Assembly: GCA_963666285.1 (NCBI GenBank)
Contig: OY762711.1
Direction: 5' to 3' (one strand)
DNA: 64,000 bases
DNA from: Sedimentisphaerales bacterium
GTDB taxonomy: Bacteria > Planctomycetota > Phycisphaerae > Sedimentisphaerales > SM23-30
The translations under genes were made by a program, and so were the position numbers. Each line of letters opens with the position of its first letter. Positions within the stretch are counted from its first letter, which is position 1. The notes under the pieces were generated by a model. That model was not told the DNA's origin. It ran no database searches and was given only the letters and a program-made list of their open reading frames with translations. Positions 29,315-40,300 of this stretch are shown here, piece after piece.

Positions 29315-30697
29315 ATGGCAAGAATTTCAAGACGTCAATTTGTAAAAAGTGCTGCATTTGGTGCTGCATGTACGATGGGATTTCCCAACATTATCAGAGC
29401 GCAAGGTCTGAACGAAAAACTACAGGTAGGTTTTGTGGCTGTAGGCGGTCGTGCAAGTGCACATACCGGCGAATCACACAATGCGGGACTGCAGTGTATT
29501 ACATTTGCCGAAGTTGATAAAACAAGATGGGGCGGCGTTCTAGACAAAGAAGGCTGGTCAAAAGCTGCCGGTTATACAGACTGGCGTAAAATGTTTGAAA
29601 ACCACGGCAAGGAACTGGATGTCGTATTTGTATCGACTCCGGACCATAGCCACTTTGCCCCTTCAATGACAGCAATTAATATGGGTATTCACTGTTATAC
29701 CGAAAAACCGCTGACCTGGTCAGTTCGTGAAGCACAGCTGCTAACCGAAGCGTATAAGAAAAATCCGAAGGTTGTAACTCAGATGGGTAACCAGGGTCAC
29801 GCAGGACGCGGCTGGCGAAAAGCATATGATTATGTAAAAGGCGGTGCAATTGGCGATATAATCGAGTTCCACACCTGGACAAATCGCCCGGTATGGCCTC
29901 AAGGCGGTGACAGACCGGACTGGACCAGCCCGGTACCAGAGAGTCTCGACTGGGAAGCATGGATCGGCCCTGCCCCAATGAGACCTTTTTCCGGGCCAAA
30001 AGACGGTCAGGGTAACGGCCCATACCATGCTTTCAACTGGCGTGGTTTTGTAGATTTTGGTTCAGGAGCGCTTGGTGACATGGCATGCCATACAACCGAC
30101 GGTATATATGCTATTATGGACCCTGGTTATGCCGCAACAGCAGAACCAGTCACAATGACCGGCCCGGTAACAGACCAATGGCCGCTTGGCATGGTAGTAA
30201 AAAATACCTACCGCGCGAAAGGTGATCGCCCCGGATTTACCGCATACTGGTACGAAGGAAAAGATAAGAGCGATAAGCCATTTATGCCGGAAAACCCAGA
30301 AGAACTGGAAAAAGACGGTCGCAATCTGCCTCGTACCGGAACACTGGTAATTGGCACAAAAGGTAAGATGCTGGTCGAAGGTGACTATTGGGACAGTGCC
30401 CACCTGATACCTTATGCCAAGCACAAAGAATTTGGCAAGCCTAAGGCTCTGCTGGAGCAGTCTCCGGGCCATCATACGGAATTCTTTATGGCATGTCGTG
30501 GCGAAAAACCGCGTGAATTCAGCCAGTCTAACTTTGGCTATGCCGGACCTATGACAGCTAATATTCAGCTGGGTAACTTATGTGCCAGAGCCGGCAAAAA
30601 ACTCATCCTGAATGAGGCTGGCGAAATCACTAACGATCCGAAGATTAATGAGCTTGCCTGGCGTGAACCTCGTAAAGGCTGGGGACCAATGGCATAG
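29315..30697 (+). CDS. Gfo/Idh/MocA-family oxidoreductase with Tat signal
   Basis: ISRRQFVK, GFVAVGGR, STPDHSH, YTEKPLT, QMGNQG, DFGSGALGDMACH. Confidence 0.92.
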   Translation: MARISRRQFVKSAAFGAACTMGFPNIIRAQGLNEKLQVGFVAVGGRASAHTGESHNAGLQCITFAEVDKTRWGGVLDKEGWSKAAGYTDWRKMFENHGKELDVVFVSTPDHSHFAPSMTAINMGIHCYTEKPLTWSVREAQLLTEAYKKNPKVVTQMGNQGHAGRGWRKAYDYVKGGAIGDIIEFHTWTNRPVWPQGGDRPDWTSPVPESLDWEAWIGPAPMRPFSGPKDGQGNGPYHAFNWRGFVDFGSGALGDMACHTTDGIYAIMDPGYAATAEPVTMTGPVTDQWPLGMVVKNTYRAKGDRPGFTAYWYEGKDKSDKPFMPENPEELEKDGRNLPRTGTLVIGTKGKMLVEGDYWDSAHLIPYAKHKEFGKPKALLEQSPGHHTEFFMACRGEKPREFSQSNFGYAGPMTANIQLGNLCARAGKKLILNEAGEITNDPKINELAWREPRKGWGPMA

Positions 30698-30770
30698 AAC
30701 CATTCAAACAAGATACGGCTGCGAGCGTAAGAAATTGTGTAAGCAGACACTCGTTAATTACAAAAAAAGA

Positions 30771-30809
30771 AAAGACTCATCCTGAATATTCGGGGTGAGC
30801 CTTTTTTTT
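30771..30809 (+). terminator. Intrinsic terminator
   Basis: CTCATCCTGAA-TA-TTCGGGGTGAG followed by a T8 tract. Confidence 0.8.
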
Positions 30810-30933
30810 ATACTATAATTCATCAGATAATTATGACTATTGACATTCTCTCATATATACAATAGGATAACACAAGACGTTTTGGCAATTAAAATGCAAT
30901 TTATGGATTAAATCTATTTAAGGAAACTATATT

Positions 30934-31473
30934 ATGCTCTGTCCTATATGTAAAACAGTTGCGTTAAATAACGAAGAACTACTGCCAAATTTGACAGCAA
31001 AAGCTTGTGGACAATGCGGCGGACGATGGATACAATCTTTTCAATACTGGAAATGGCTCGATACACAAAAAAATAAACTTGCCGAAAAGCCAAATGACAC
31101 AAAGGCAGATTTGCCGGTAGAAGATTCTGCCGCCGGAAAATTATGTCCGGAATGTGGTCATTTTCTTTCACATAAAAAAGTCGGCCATGGCGTTGATTTC
31201 CACCTGGACAGATGCGGCAATTGCGGCGGCATCTGGTTCGACAAGAACGAATGGGAAATTCTTCAAGGTAAGAACCTACATGACGATATACATTTTGTCT
31301 TTAGTTCCGCTTGGCAAAAACAAATTGAACAGGATGAAATTGAGCAAACACAAGAACATAGATTTGAAAAAATCCTCGGTGCAGCCGATTATCAAAAGAC
31401 AAAAGAAATCGCCGGATGGATAAAGTCACATCCAAATAAAAGTACTATATTGGGTTATATAACAGATAAATAG
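30934..31473 (+). CDS. zf-TFIIB-like double zinc-ribbon protein
   Basis: MLCPIC...CGQCGGRW; LCPEC...LDRCGNCGGIWFDKNE. Confidence 0.85.
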   Translation: MLCPICKTVALNNEELLPNLTAKACGQCGGRWIQSFQYWKWLDTQKNKLAEKPNDTKADLPVEDSAAGKLCPECGHFLSHKKVGHGVDFHLDRCGNCGGIWFDKNEWEILQGKNLHDDIHFVFSSAWQKQIEQDEIEQTQEHRFEKILGAADYQKTKEIAGWIKSHPNKSTILGYITDK

Positions 31474-31517
31474 TTTACTGTTTTTTTATCTGATGTAAGA
31501 AGCAATTTAATTGCAAT

Positions 31518-32873
31518 TTATATCTGCCACCCTTCTCTATACTCTTTGGTCAAATACTGATTGGCCTCAGGGATATTGGAAAATTCTCTTTTTTCTGCGT
31601 CCCAGAGCAATTTCTGACGATCGAGCTTTTCTTTGAGATCAACACGCAGAGCAATATTGCCCATTAAAACAGTTTCAGTGAGCGGTCCGGCCCAATCGAA
31701 GTTAGAACCGGCAACAGAACCTCCCTTGCAGGCATTAAGCCATTCCTGATAGTGGCCTGGAGAAGATTCAATAACAGGCTGAGGCGTCTGATATTCTTTT
31801 CGACGAGATTCGGGAATGATTCTCCCATTGAAAATTTTACCATCATCACCAACATATATAGTACCGTTGGTACCCATCTGCAAGCCATCTTCCAGCTCTG
31901 CCGGACGATCAGGCTTGAGCCCGCCATCATACCATTTAAGAGTGACAGGCGGCATATCACCTCGCTGTGGAAATTCATAGGTAACAATTGAACCAGACGG
32001 GTATGTCTCCTTGTTGACCAGGGTTGAGATAGCCTGAACACTGGTTGGGTAACCCAGCTTAAGCGCTCGGAAAATCGGATCCATAGCATGACAGCCTATA
32101 TCGCCCAGTGCGCCGGTACCGAAATCCCACCATCCCCTCCAGGAAAAAGGATGGTATGCCGGATGATATGCTCTGACCGGAGCCGGTCCGAGCCAGAGAT
32201 CCCAATCGAGATTGTCAGGCACTGTCGGAGTATCGTGAGGGCGATCTATGCCCTGTCGCCAGTAGATATTGAATCTGCCGTTGTTTGGTCTGTCGGTCCA
32301 GACATGCACTTCTCTAACCGGGCCTATAGCACCATCCCATATCATCTCCCGTAGACGTCGCGGCCCATCTTCGGCCTGGCCCTGGTTGCCCATCTGGGTA
32401 GCAACCTTGTATTCCTTCGCAGCAGCAGTCAAAACCTGTGCTTCATGAATAGTATGAGTCAACGGCTTTTGAGTGTATACATGCTTCCCGCGGCGGATAG
32501 CTTCAAGTGAAATAATCGCATGGTTATGGTCCGGAGTAGCGACGATGACGGCATCGATGTCTTTTTGCTCATCAAGCATAATACGGAAATCCTTGAAGCG
32601 TTTGGCATTTGGATACCTGTTAAACGTGTGGGCCGCTTTGTTCCAATCGACATCGCAAAGAGCAACAATATTCTGCGAAGCCACACAATCTATATCTGAT
32701 GATCCTTTTCCGCCAACACCGACACCTGCTATATTGAGCTTTTCGCTGGGCGGTGTGTTTTCCGGGCCGCCAAGTACATAGCTGGGTACAATAGTAAACG
32801 CTGCGGCTGCCGAGGTTTTTTTAATGAACGAACGACGAGAAATGTTATTGTTTGACTTTGCTTTTAATGACAT
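31518..32873 (-). CDS. Gfo/Idh/MocA-family oxidoreductase with Tat signal
   Basis: ISRRSFIK, GVGVGGKG, ATPDHNH, QKPLT, QMGNQG, DFGTGALGDIGCH. Confidence 0.93.
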   Translation of the reverse strand: MSLKAKSNNNISRRSFIKKTSAAAAFTIVPSYVLGGPENTPPSEKLNIAGVGVGGKGSSDIDCVASQNIVALCDVDWNKAAHTFNRYPNAKRFKDFRIMLDEQKDIDAVIVATPDHNHAIISLEAIRRGKHVYTQKPLTHTIHEAQVLTAAAKEYKVATQMGNQGQAEDGPRRLREMIWDGAIGPVREVHVWTDRPNNGRFNIYWRQGIDRPHDTPTVPDNLDWDLWLGPAPVRAYHPAYHPFSWRGWWDFGTGALGDIGCHAMDPIFRALKLGYPTSVQAISTLVNKETYPSGSIVTYEFPQRGDMPPVTLKWYDGGLKPDRPAELEDGLQMGTNGTIYVGDDGKIFNGRIIPESRRKEYQTPQPVIESSPGHYQEWLNACKGGSVAGSNFDWAGPLTETVLMGNIALRVDLKEKLDRQKLLWDAEKREFSNIPEANQYLTKEYREGWQI

Positions 32874-32946
32874 AAATTATGCTCCGGGAGTTATGCCTGG
32901 TTAATAATGCTGATCGCTTATACCCAGTCAAATACAAAAAAATACT

Positions 32947-34323
32947 TTATTTCTTATTTCCATTCAAATCACCACTGGTGACAATATTTTCAATAATTGC
33001 CTTGTCGGAAATGTTATCCAGGCGGATCGGTAAATGACCGGCATTAGTGATAGTATTATTCCTGACAACACCATGAAAACCGTCCGAGGCGTAAATGCCA
33101 TCGCCGGGACTGTCAATAATGTTATTGTTTTCTATTATGTAAGGGCCGCCGATGAGACGTATGGCGGGATGTTCGAGAAAACCAGGTTCCAGTCCAAGCA
33201 TGCCTCCAGTTACAGAGCCACAGCGAACAATACGATTGTTGCGTACATAAAACCGCTCTACCGTGCCGGTATTAGGAACATCTTTGGCCTGACCATTTGG
33301 ATGAAGCCGCATAAGGCGAATCGCACCCCAGACATTCTGCAGATTACCAGCCCAGTTATCACCGGAATCTTCGATCAGGTTATTTTCATAATTAATATCG
33401 TGAACATTCATAGTCTGTGTGGCCCAGTGCTCAATACCACATTTCACATGATGAATATAGTTATTACGATAGGTAATATTATACTGCTCACCACTATCGC
33501 CCTGATTGGTAATACCAGTATCAAAATAGTGAGAAATCGTACAGCCTTCGACAAGCAGATCGTGCCCGCTGATCCAAAGCTCGATGGCATTCCCAAATCT
33601 AACCGGCTGATTTTCCCATATCCAGGCACCGCCGCCATGAGAAACGCTACAGTCTTTGATAGTAATAAAGCTAACAGCAGACATTGCGATTCCATGAGTA
33701 TTGGTGTATTTGACTGTAAGTCCTTTTATGATGTAATGATGAATCCCGCTAATCTGGATAGTATGCTGCCATTGTTTGCCTATGGGAATCTCAATCGATT
33801 TTGCCATATCAGCAGGATTTTTCTCGGCATAGACATAAACACATTTCTTATCCGGGTCAAACCAGAAATCCCAGTTGGCTTTTAGTAGCCCAACTGCGGT
33901 TTTCATTTCGGAGGCTTTATCATCATGCCACACAGTACCTACATCATAACCACCAATACTGCCGGGAGCGGTTTGCCAGATATTCTCAGCATACTTTTGC
34001 CATTGTTCGGAATTGCTAAAATTTCCCGAGCCGAAGATAGCGGGAATCTCATCTTTATAACTGGAAATTGTAATCCAGGCATTGTCCGTGCCTGAAACAG
34101 CCCCCCGTGATGTATCGATAATCTGGTTGGAACGATAAATACCGCCACGAACAAAAACAGTATCACCTGGGCTGAGTTTTGTAACGGCATGCGTCAGGCT
34201 CTGCCACGGTCTCTCGATTGTGCCGGGATTCTGGTCGTTGCCGGAAGGGGAAATATACCATTCAGCGGAAAATGCTGTCGAAACAATTATCAGAATCAAT
34301 GATATCGGGAAAATGTTTTTCAT
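32947..34323 (-). CDS. Secreted right-handed parallel beta-helix (pectin lyase-like) protein
   Basis: GGAGG RBS before ATG 34323; WYISPSGNDQNPGTIERPW, PGDTVFVRGGIY, NN-ladder repeats. Confidence 0.85.
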   Translation of the reverse strand: MKNIFPISLILIIVSTAFSAEWYISPSGNDQNPGTIERPWQSLTHAVTKLSPGDTVFVRGGIYRSNQIIDTSRGAVSGTDNAWITISSYKDEIPAIFGSGNFSNSEQWQKYAENIWQTAPGSIGGYDVGTVWHDDKASEMKTAVGLLKANWDFWFDPDKKCVYVYAEKNPADMAKSIEIPIGKQWQHTIQISGIHHYIIKGLTVKYTNTHGIAMSAVSFITIKDCSVSHGGGAWIWENQPVRFGNAIELWISGHDLLVEGCTISHYFDTGITNQGDSGEQYNITYRNNYIHHVKCGIEHWATQTMNVHDINYENNLIEDSGDNWAGNLQNVWGAIRLMRLHPNGQAKDVPNTGTVERFYVRNNRIVRCGSVTGGMLGLEPGFLEHPAIRLIGGPYIIENNNIIDSPGDGIYASDGFHGVVRNNTITNAGHLPIRLDNISDKAIIENIVTSGDLNGNKK

Positions 34324-34565
34324 TGTACCTCCATTAGCTGCGTAATTATCGACTTCCAAAGCCTAAGCATAAATTTTACCATAGTATGATAAAAACCACA
34401 ACAAAAAGAGTCCAATAACACAATAATTACAGGCTATTTTTTCCACAATCTGGACAGGTGTTAAACGAAAAGAGCCCTTTTCAATAGTAATAACATAGTC
34501 TGATAAATTAAAGAATAAAAATAGAAGTAAAACTCTAAAAACACAACTGAATTAAACAAAAGAAT

Positions 34566-34593
34566 TAAACAATGATAACACTTGTCCCGAAAA
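34566..34593 (+). promoter_or_regulatory. Candidate sigma28-type promoter of the sensor kinase
   Basis: TAAA-N16-CCCGAAAA, same spacing as the fliD promoter. Confidence 0.4.
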
Positions 34594-34838
34594 TAGAATA
34601 TGGGCGATACGATAAATCACGGAAGATATTATTAGAATAAATCCACATTATTTATATAAAAAGCTACAACAGCTAATATTGATTTATTTTATACTAATAT
34701 CTCCTGTACAAAATTGCTATTAACATCTGCTGTTATTATCAGCAGGTACGATATAGAAGAGTATCTCTAAAACGTAATTCACAGGATGATACAAATTCTT
34801 ATAATCCGGGTAAAAAAGTAATACTAAAAGGGATCGTT

Positions 34839-37295
34839 ATGGTATTTTTAATCCTTGCAAACAACCTGGCAATAATGTTTTTTATGGCATTTATCTATGG
34901 GTCAATGCTAAAGTGTGCAAAAAAAAGCAGACCATGCAAATTCTTGCTAGGAATTTCTTTAGGACTGGCAGCTATTGTCGCAATGCACAACAGCTACAAT
35001 ATCAAACCGGGTGTGTACTATGATTGCCGCACAGTAATAGTTCTTGTAAGCGCTATGTTTAGCGGACCGGTTGTTGCAATACCTGTCACAGCAATTTCCA
35101 TATGTTATCGTTTTTATCTAGGTGGTGCAGCTGCACTTTCCGGGGCTACTGCTATTTGTTCGGCAGCGATAACCGGAATTGTATATTATTATTGGCGTGC
35201 AAAAAAAACAGGACCCGAACGAATTCGACACTACTATATCGCCGGTTTAATCGCACATGTATTCCACGTATTAACAATTCTTATGATCCCTAAAGAGATA
35301 GTTTCAGACGTAATGAGAGATATCGCACCACCGGTTATGATTTTATACCCTTTGGCAACTGTGCTGATCTCGTTATTTATGAGAAGACAGGAGCAATTAT
35401 TAGAAACCCAGAACAGCCTGCATTGGCTGGCCAGTTTTCCATCAGAAAACCCTAATCCGGTTTTGCGAATCAATACAGACGGAACAATTGCCTATAACAA
35501 TACTTCCAGTGAACCGTTATTGAAAGAGTTGAATCTGGACAAAAACGGTAAAGTTACCGGTGAATGGCAAAACAAGATAAAAACCATATACGATTCCTGC
35601 AAGCCATCTTCAGAAGAAAAACACTTTAACGGAAAGCAATATCTGCTTAACATTCACCCGGTAATTAATAAAGGATACCTGAATATTTATGCAACAGATA
35701 TAACCAGCCACGTAAAAACAAAAGAGGCATTAAAGAAAAGTGAGGAAAATTTCCAGGAGCTGGTAGAGAATGCAAACAGCATAATTATCAGGTGGGACAG
35801 CAACGGCAAGTTTATATATATCAACCCTTACGCGATCAAACTCTTCGGATTCACTAAAGAGGAACTCATAGGGAATAATATTATCGGCACCATTGTCCCT
35901 GAAACCGACACATCTGGAGCGGAACTCAAAGACCTGTCAAACAATATCGTGGAAAACCCGGAAAAATATAAGACATTTGAAAACGAAAATATCTGCAAAG
36001 ATGGAAGCAGGCTGTGGGTACAATGGACTAATCATGCAATCGTTGATGATAATGGCAAAGTCAAAGAAATTATTGCAGTGGGCAACGACAGTACCGAAAA
36101 GAAAAACGCTGAAGAACTTATCATTAACTATAACAAAATTCTGGAAACTGAAGTTAAAAACAGAACAGAACAGCTGCAGAAACAGTCAGAGCAGCTACAG
36201 GAAAAAAACATAAAACTTAAAAATGAAATCAATGAAAGAGAAAACGCTGAGAAGATTCTTAAAGATGCGCAGTCTAAACTTATTGAGTCTGAAAAAATGG
36301 TATCAATCGGAAGACTTTCAGCCGGAATAGCTCATGAGCTTAACACCCCGCTTGGCGCGATAGGTTCCACCAATACTACATTACAAGATGGTTTTAACAA
36401 ACTAATCAGAAAATTTATGACCATCGAGGTAGATTTCGGCAAATACAAAAATCAGGTTGACGAAATCATCAATATGATATCAAAAAGCAACATAAAAGTG
36501 ATATCTTCCAGGGAACGCAGGGAGCTAAAAAAAGAGATCAAAAATGATTTATCTGAAAAAGATATCTATAACAGTCATGAGCTGGCAAATTTCCTGGTAG
36601 AAATTGGAATAACAGATAACTACAATAATTATATTGAAATGCTGACCTCAGAAAAGAGTCAAGATATAGTCATGTACATAAGTATGGTAAACAGCATCAT
36701 CCAGGGATTAACAGTCATTGACACCGCGGTAAAGCAATCATCCAGAATAGCGTACGCCCTACGCGAATATGCCCGTGACAGCGAAAACAAGCAAATTGAA
36801 ACAACAAACATAAGACAGACCCTGGAAACAGCTCTAATTTTATACGGCAATAAAATTAAACACGGCATAGAGCTTGTACTGACTTTGGATGATACCCCTA
36901 AAATACAATGCTATCCAAACGAACTTATACAAGTATGGGCAAATATGATACACAACGCAGACCAGGCTATGGAAGGCAAAGGAAGGCTGGAAATAAAGCT
37001 GACATGCGACGATAACGACATTATTGTTGAATTCAGAGATTCAGGCTGCGGGATACCAAAAGAAATTCAGAAAAAGATATTTGAGCCTCTCTTTACGACT
37101 AAACCAGTTGGCGTAGGAACCGGCCTCGGTCTTGACATATCACACAGAATTATTTGCAGACATCACGGCAATATCGAGGTTGAAAGCGAAGTGGGTAAAG
37201 GAACAGCCTTTATCATTAGAATTCCAATAGCACCAAATCTACCTAAAGATCTGCAGAAAAATGAAATAGAAGACTGCTTAATGATCAATAATTAG
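34839..37295 (+). CDS. Orphan sensor histidine kinase: 5TM-5TMR_LYT, PAS domains, HisKA, HATPase
   Basis: PGVYYDCRTV...FSGP (LytS-type TM), ENPNPVLRI, ENANSIIIRWD (PAS), GIAHELNTPL, FTTKPVGVGTGLGL. Confidence 0.92.
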   Translation: MVFLILANNLAIMFFMAFIYGSMLKCAKKSRPCKFLLGISLGLAAIVAMHNSYNIKPGVYYDCRTVIVLVSAMFSGPVVAIPVTAISICYRFYLGGAAALSGATAICSAAITGIVYYYWRAKKTGPERIRHYYIAGLIAHVFHVLTILMIPKEIVSDVMRDIAPPVMILYPLATVLISLFMRRQEQLLETQNSLHWLASFPSENPNPVLRINTDGTIAYNNTSSEPLLKELNLDKNGKVTGEWQNKIKTIYDSCKPSSEEKHFNGKQYLLNIHPVINKGYLNIYATDITSHVKTKEALKKSEENFQELVENANSIIIRWDSNGKFIYINPYAIKLFGFTKEELIGNNIIGTIVPETDTSGAELKDLSNNIVENPEKYKTFENENICKDGSRLWVQWTNHAIVDDNGKVKEIIAVGNDSTEKKNAEELIINYNKILETEVKNRTEQLQKQSEQLQEKNIKLKNEINERENAEKILKDAQSKLIESEKMVSIGRLSAGIAHELNTPLGAIGSTNTTLQDGFNKLIRKFMTIEVDFGKYKNQVDEIINMISKSNIKVISSRERRELKKEIKNDLSEKDIYNSHELANFLVEIGITDNYNNYIEMLTSEKSQDIVMYISMVNSIIQGLTVIDTAVKQSSRIAYALREYARDSENKQIETTNIRQTLETALILYGNKIKHGIELVLTLDDTPKIQCYPNELIQVWANMIHNADQAMEGKGRLEIKLTCDDNDIIVEFRDSGCGIPKEIQKKIFEPLFTTKPVGVGTGLGLDISHRIICRHHGNIEVESEVGKGTAFIIRIPIAPNLPKDLQKNEIEDCLMINN

Positions 37296-37337
37296 CTCGC
37301 CGGAATGCCAGAACATCCCGGCGAGTTAAAGTTTTTT
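37294..37337. terminator. Terminator between the kinase and GH106
   Basis: AGCTCGCCGG...CCGGCGAGTT hairpin. Confidence 0.65.
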
Positions 37338-37338
37338 A

Positions 37339-40300
37339 TTAATCTTTCAAAGGTAACAATTCAGCTGCACGGATATACACCGGACCAATCAAGCCGGACG
37401 GAAGCAAAGGATCACCCTTTTTCCAATGTTTCCAGGTAAAGAATGTCTGACGCTGGGTTGGACGTGGCTCGTTATTCACAAACCAGTCTGGCCATTTGGC
37501 AAGAGACTTGCCCTGCCATTGGCAATCTTCAGGGTAAGCTTCATCGGCAATTATCCGGTTAACCCAAAGGTTGGTAACGCGAACTTCCAGTTTATTTCTG
37601 CCGGCACGTACAGCTTTACTGATATCTAACCGGTATGGATTTTTCCAGAGTATGCCAAGGTCCTTACCATTAACAAATACATGTGCCATAACCTCTACCC
37701 TGCCCAGATCCAGAGTTACCTGTTTGTCTGAAGCAAGTAAATCTTTGCTAATTTCAAAAGACGTACTGTATGTTGCGGTGCCGGAAAAACCATTTATTTC
37801 AGGGTCTGGTGAATCTGAAAGTGAAATGAGCTTTTTGAATAATGCTGCATTCGGCACAGATAGCTTGCTTTCGAAACTTACCGCCCATGGCCCGTTAATC
37901 TTTACCGGTTTCGGCACAGAATCAACATTTACAACAGACTCGCCACCTTCAGTCTTTTTCAAACGATAAGTTCCTTCATCCCAAACTTTCAGCTTAGCCG
38001 AGCCCTGAACCTGACACAGCTCAGCCGGCCATACAGAAGGAACCCACAAGTCAAATGGTATATTAAGCATTTGATTTTCATCAGCAAAAGTCACTTTTTC
38101 TACACCATCAAGTTTATACAGAACTCTAATATGTTTTGGAACATTAACAACAGGATCGCCGCCGGCAAGACTGTTTGTAATCCTGACACTTAGCACATCC
38201 TGTGATACTTGCGCAGCCAGTTTTTCAGTTACATCAACAGTTTTCAACTCCGGTATTTTAACTAAAACATCAGGAAGATCGCCATAGACAGCACGATTGA
38301 CAACCAGAGTTTTTCCGGCAGGTAAATCCTTGTCAGGCAAATAAAGTCTCTGGCTTTCATCAATTCTCTTAGAATACTTCTTGCCATCATATTCATACTC
38401 GACAAGCAGCTTCTTAACAACACCGTCAGCCGGATCACCTGCTAACTGATTACTGACAAGTGTAGATAACCTGCCATTAGCTACCAAAGCTTCCAATTCT
38501 TTTGTGACATCAACCATTTTACTGTGAGCCAGGTCAAACACACCATATTCAGCTTTGACAATCTCAAGTTTTATCGGCTTATCTGCGGATAAACCGGCAG
38601 GTGTACCTCCATCACGTTTCACTGATATATAATTACTTTGACCGGCCGGAGCAGGATCATTAAATACTACAAAAACAGATTCTGCCGGCTCTAAATTTAA
38701 TGTTACCTGTGTTCTCCCATCCCGCTGCTGCCACATAGATGCCGGTGAAATAACAGCACGTTGGGAATCCCAAAATTCGGGCTTTTTACCTGTAACATTG
38801 AAAACACAGGCTGCTGTTATTGAAGCATCCTGCTGATTGCTGACAAAATATACATCGACACCATCGATAACACGATGGATGAAATTCATATTCAGCCCGG
38901 AATCCAGAACTTCAAAGTCAGGCTTAATTCCTACATGGTCCAAGGCCTGCTGTAAAGAATATCCGGAGAGTAGACGACCACTTCCGAACCTGCTTTCCAT
39001 AGTTCCTGCCTGACCTGTCGGCCACAAACTTTTTGCAATAGTTTTCAGCTGATTCTGGCTTTCCGGGAAATCTGTCAGACTATTGGTATTCTGCGGACAA
39101 TTAGCCAGGATTGTCGCACCATCGGATAATAACTGTTTTATCTTTTTAGCAACCGGTAGACTCATTGTCTTTGTATCCGGCATAACCAGTATTGAATAAC
39201 TCATACCGCTTGGTAGAACCAGCCTGCCGTCAACCACAGACAAAGCTTCAATCAGATCTGTTCCGATGGCATCGTAATCATATCCCATCTGTTTGACATC
39301 TGGGCGATATACCGCACCGTTTGGCACATACTCGCCACCAAAGAATAATATATCCGCATGGAATTTACCGGCCTGCAGTAAATACTGACTTCTCGCTATA
39401 TAGTGCATCCATTCCCTGCCGTCATCCCACCAGGTATTGGTACGCTCGAAATGAGTGCCCCACTGCCCCATAGTCATGCCAGGCCATTTATCCAGCCATG
39501 GCTGATGAGCATAGCGATGGAAAATATATCTATTGATACCATTACACCATATCGAATCACCCAAAGTCTTCATAGAACGAGGATGATTCTGCCAACGTCC
39601 CTGATCCGGACCGGAAGTAAATGATTCAGCACCGACAATCTTCCTGCCGTAGACGTGGGCAACACTGGAAGCAATCCGCACCGAATGATTAATACCACCG
39701 CCAACCCAGAACTCACCCATAAGAATATCTGCCTTAGAAGCTATCGACATACATTCGAACGGACCATCATAAGGCTCAGTTGAACAGAGCAAACCCGCCT
39801 TATGACATTTCTCGGCAAAATAATTGAAGTAATTCTCAGTAAACATATCTGAAGTTGTTCGGCGAAAATCCCACAGAAAACGCTCTGAGATACCCAGATC
39901 ATCGATAACACGACCGGTTAATGCCGGCAGATATTTTTTCAAAGAATACCCGCGACGCTTTTCAAATTCTTTTTCAAAACCGGCCGTCCAGTTGTTCAGT
40001 CCTACCTCATAGCTGTCGATTAAAAGATTATTCATTGTCGGACCGGCCAAATCACCGAGTTTATCGAGAATAGGTTTAATACCGTATTTCCAGTGAACAT
40101 CCATCGCTGCCCTGCTAAGCTTATCACACTCCAGTCCGAGACCAGAATCGGGGGCAGGATGATTATCTTTACCGGTAATAGTATAACCAATCCGCAGAAC
40201 AGTCCACTTACCCGGAGGGCAATCCCATTTGAGCAACCCATTGCTATTCATCTTACCAGTAATATCGATAACACTGTCAGATTGGATAATTGCTTTTTGG

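Noticed and set aside
33034..33885. Long 283-aa antisense ORF, and similar ones at 14155..14784, 40093..40809, 51982..52566 and 61870..62454
   Set aside because: All lie opposite well-supported genes and show no recognisable motifs
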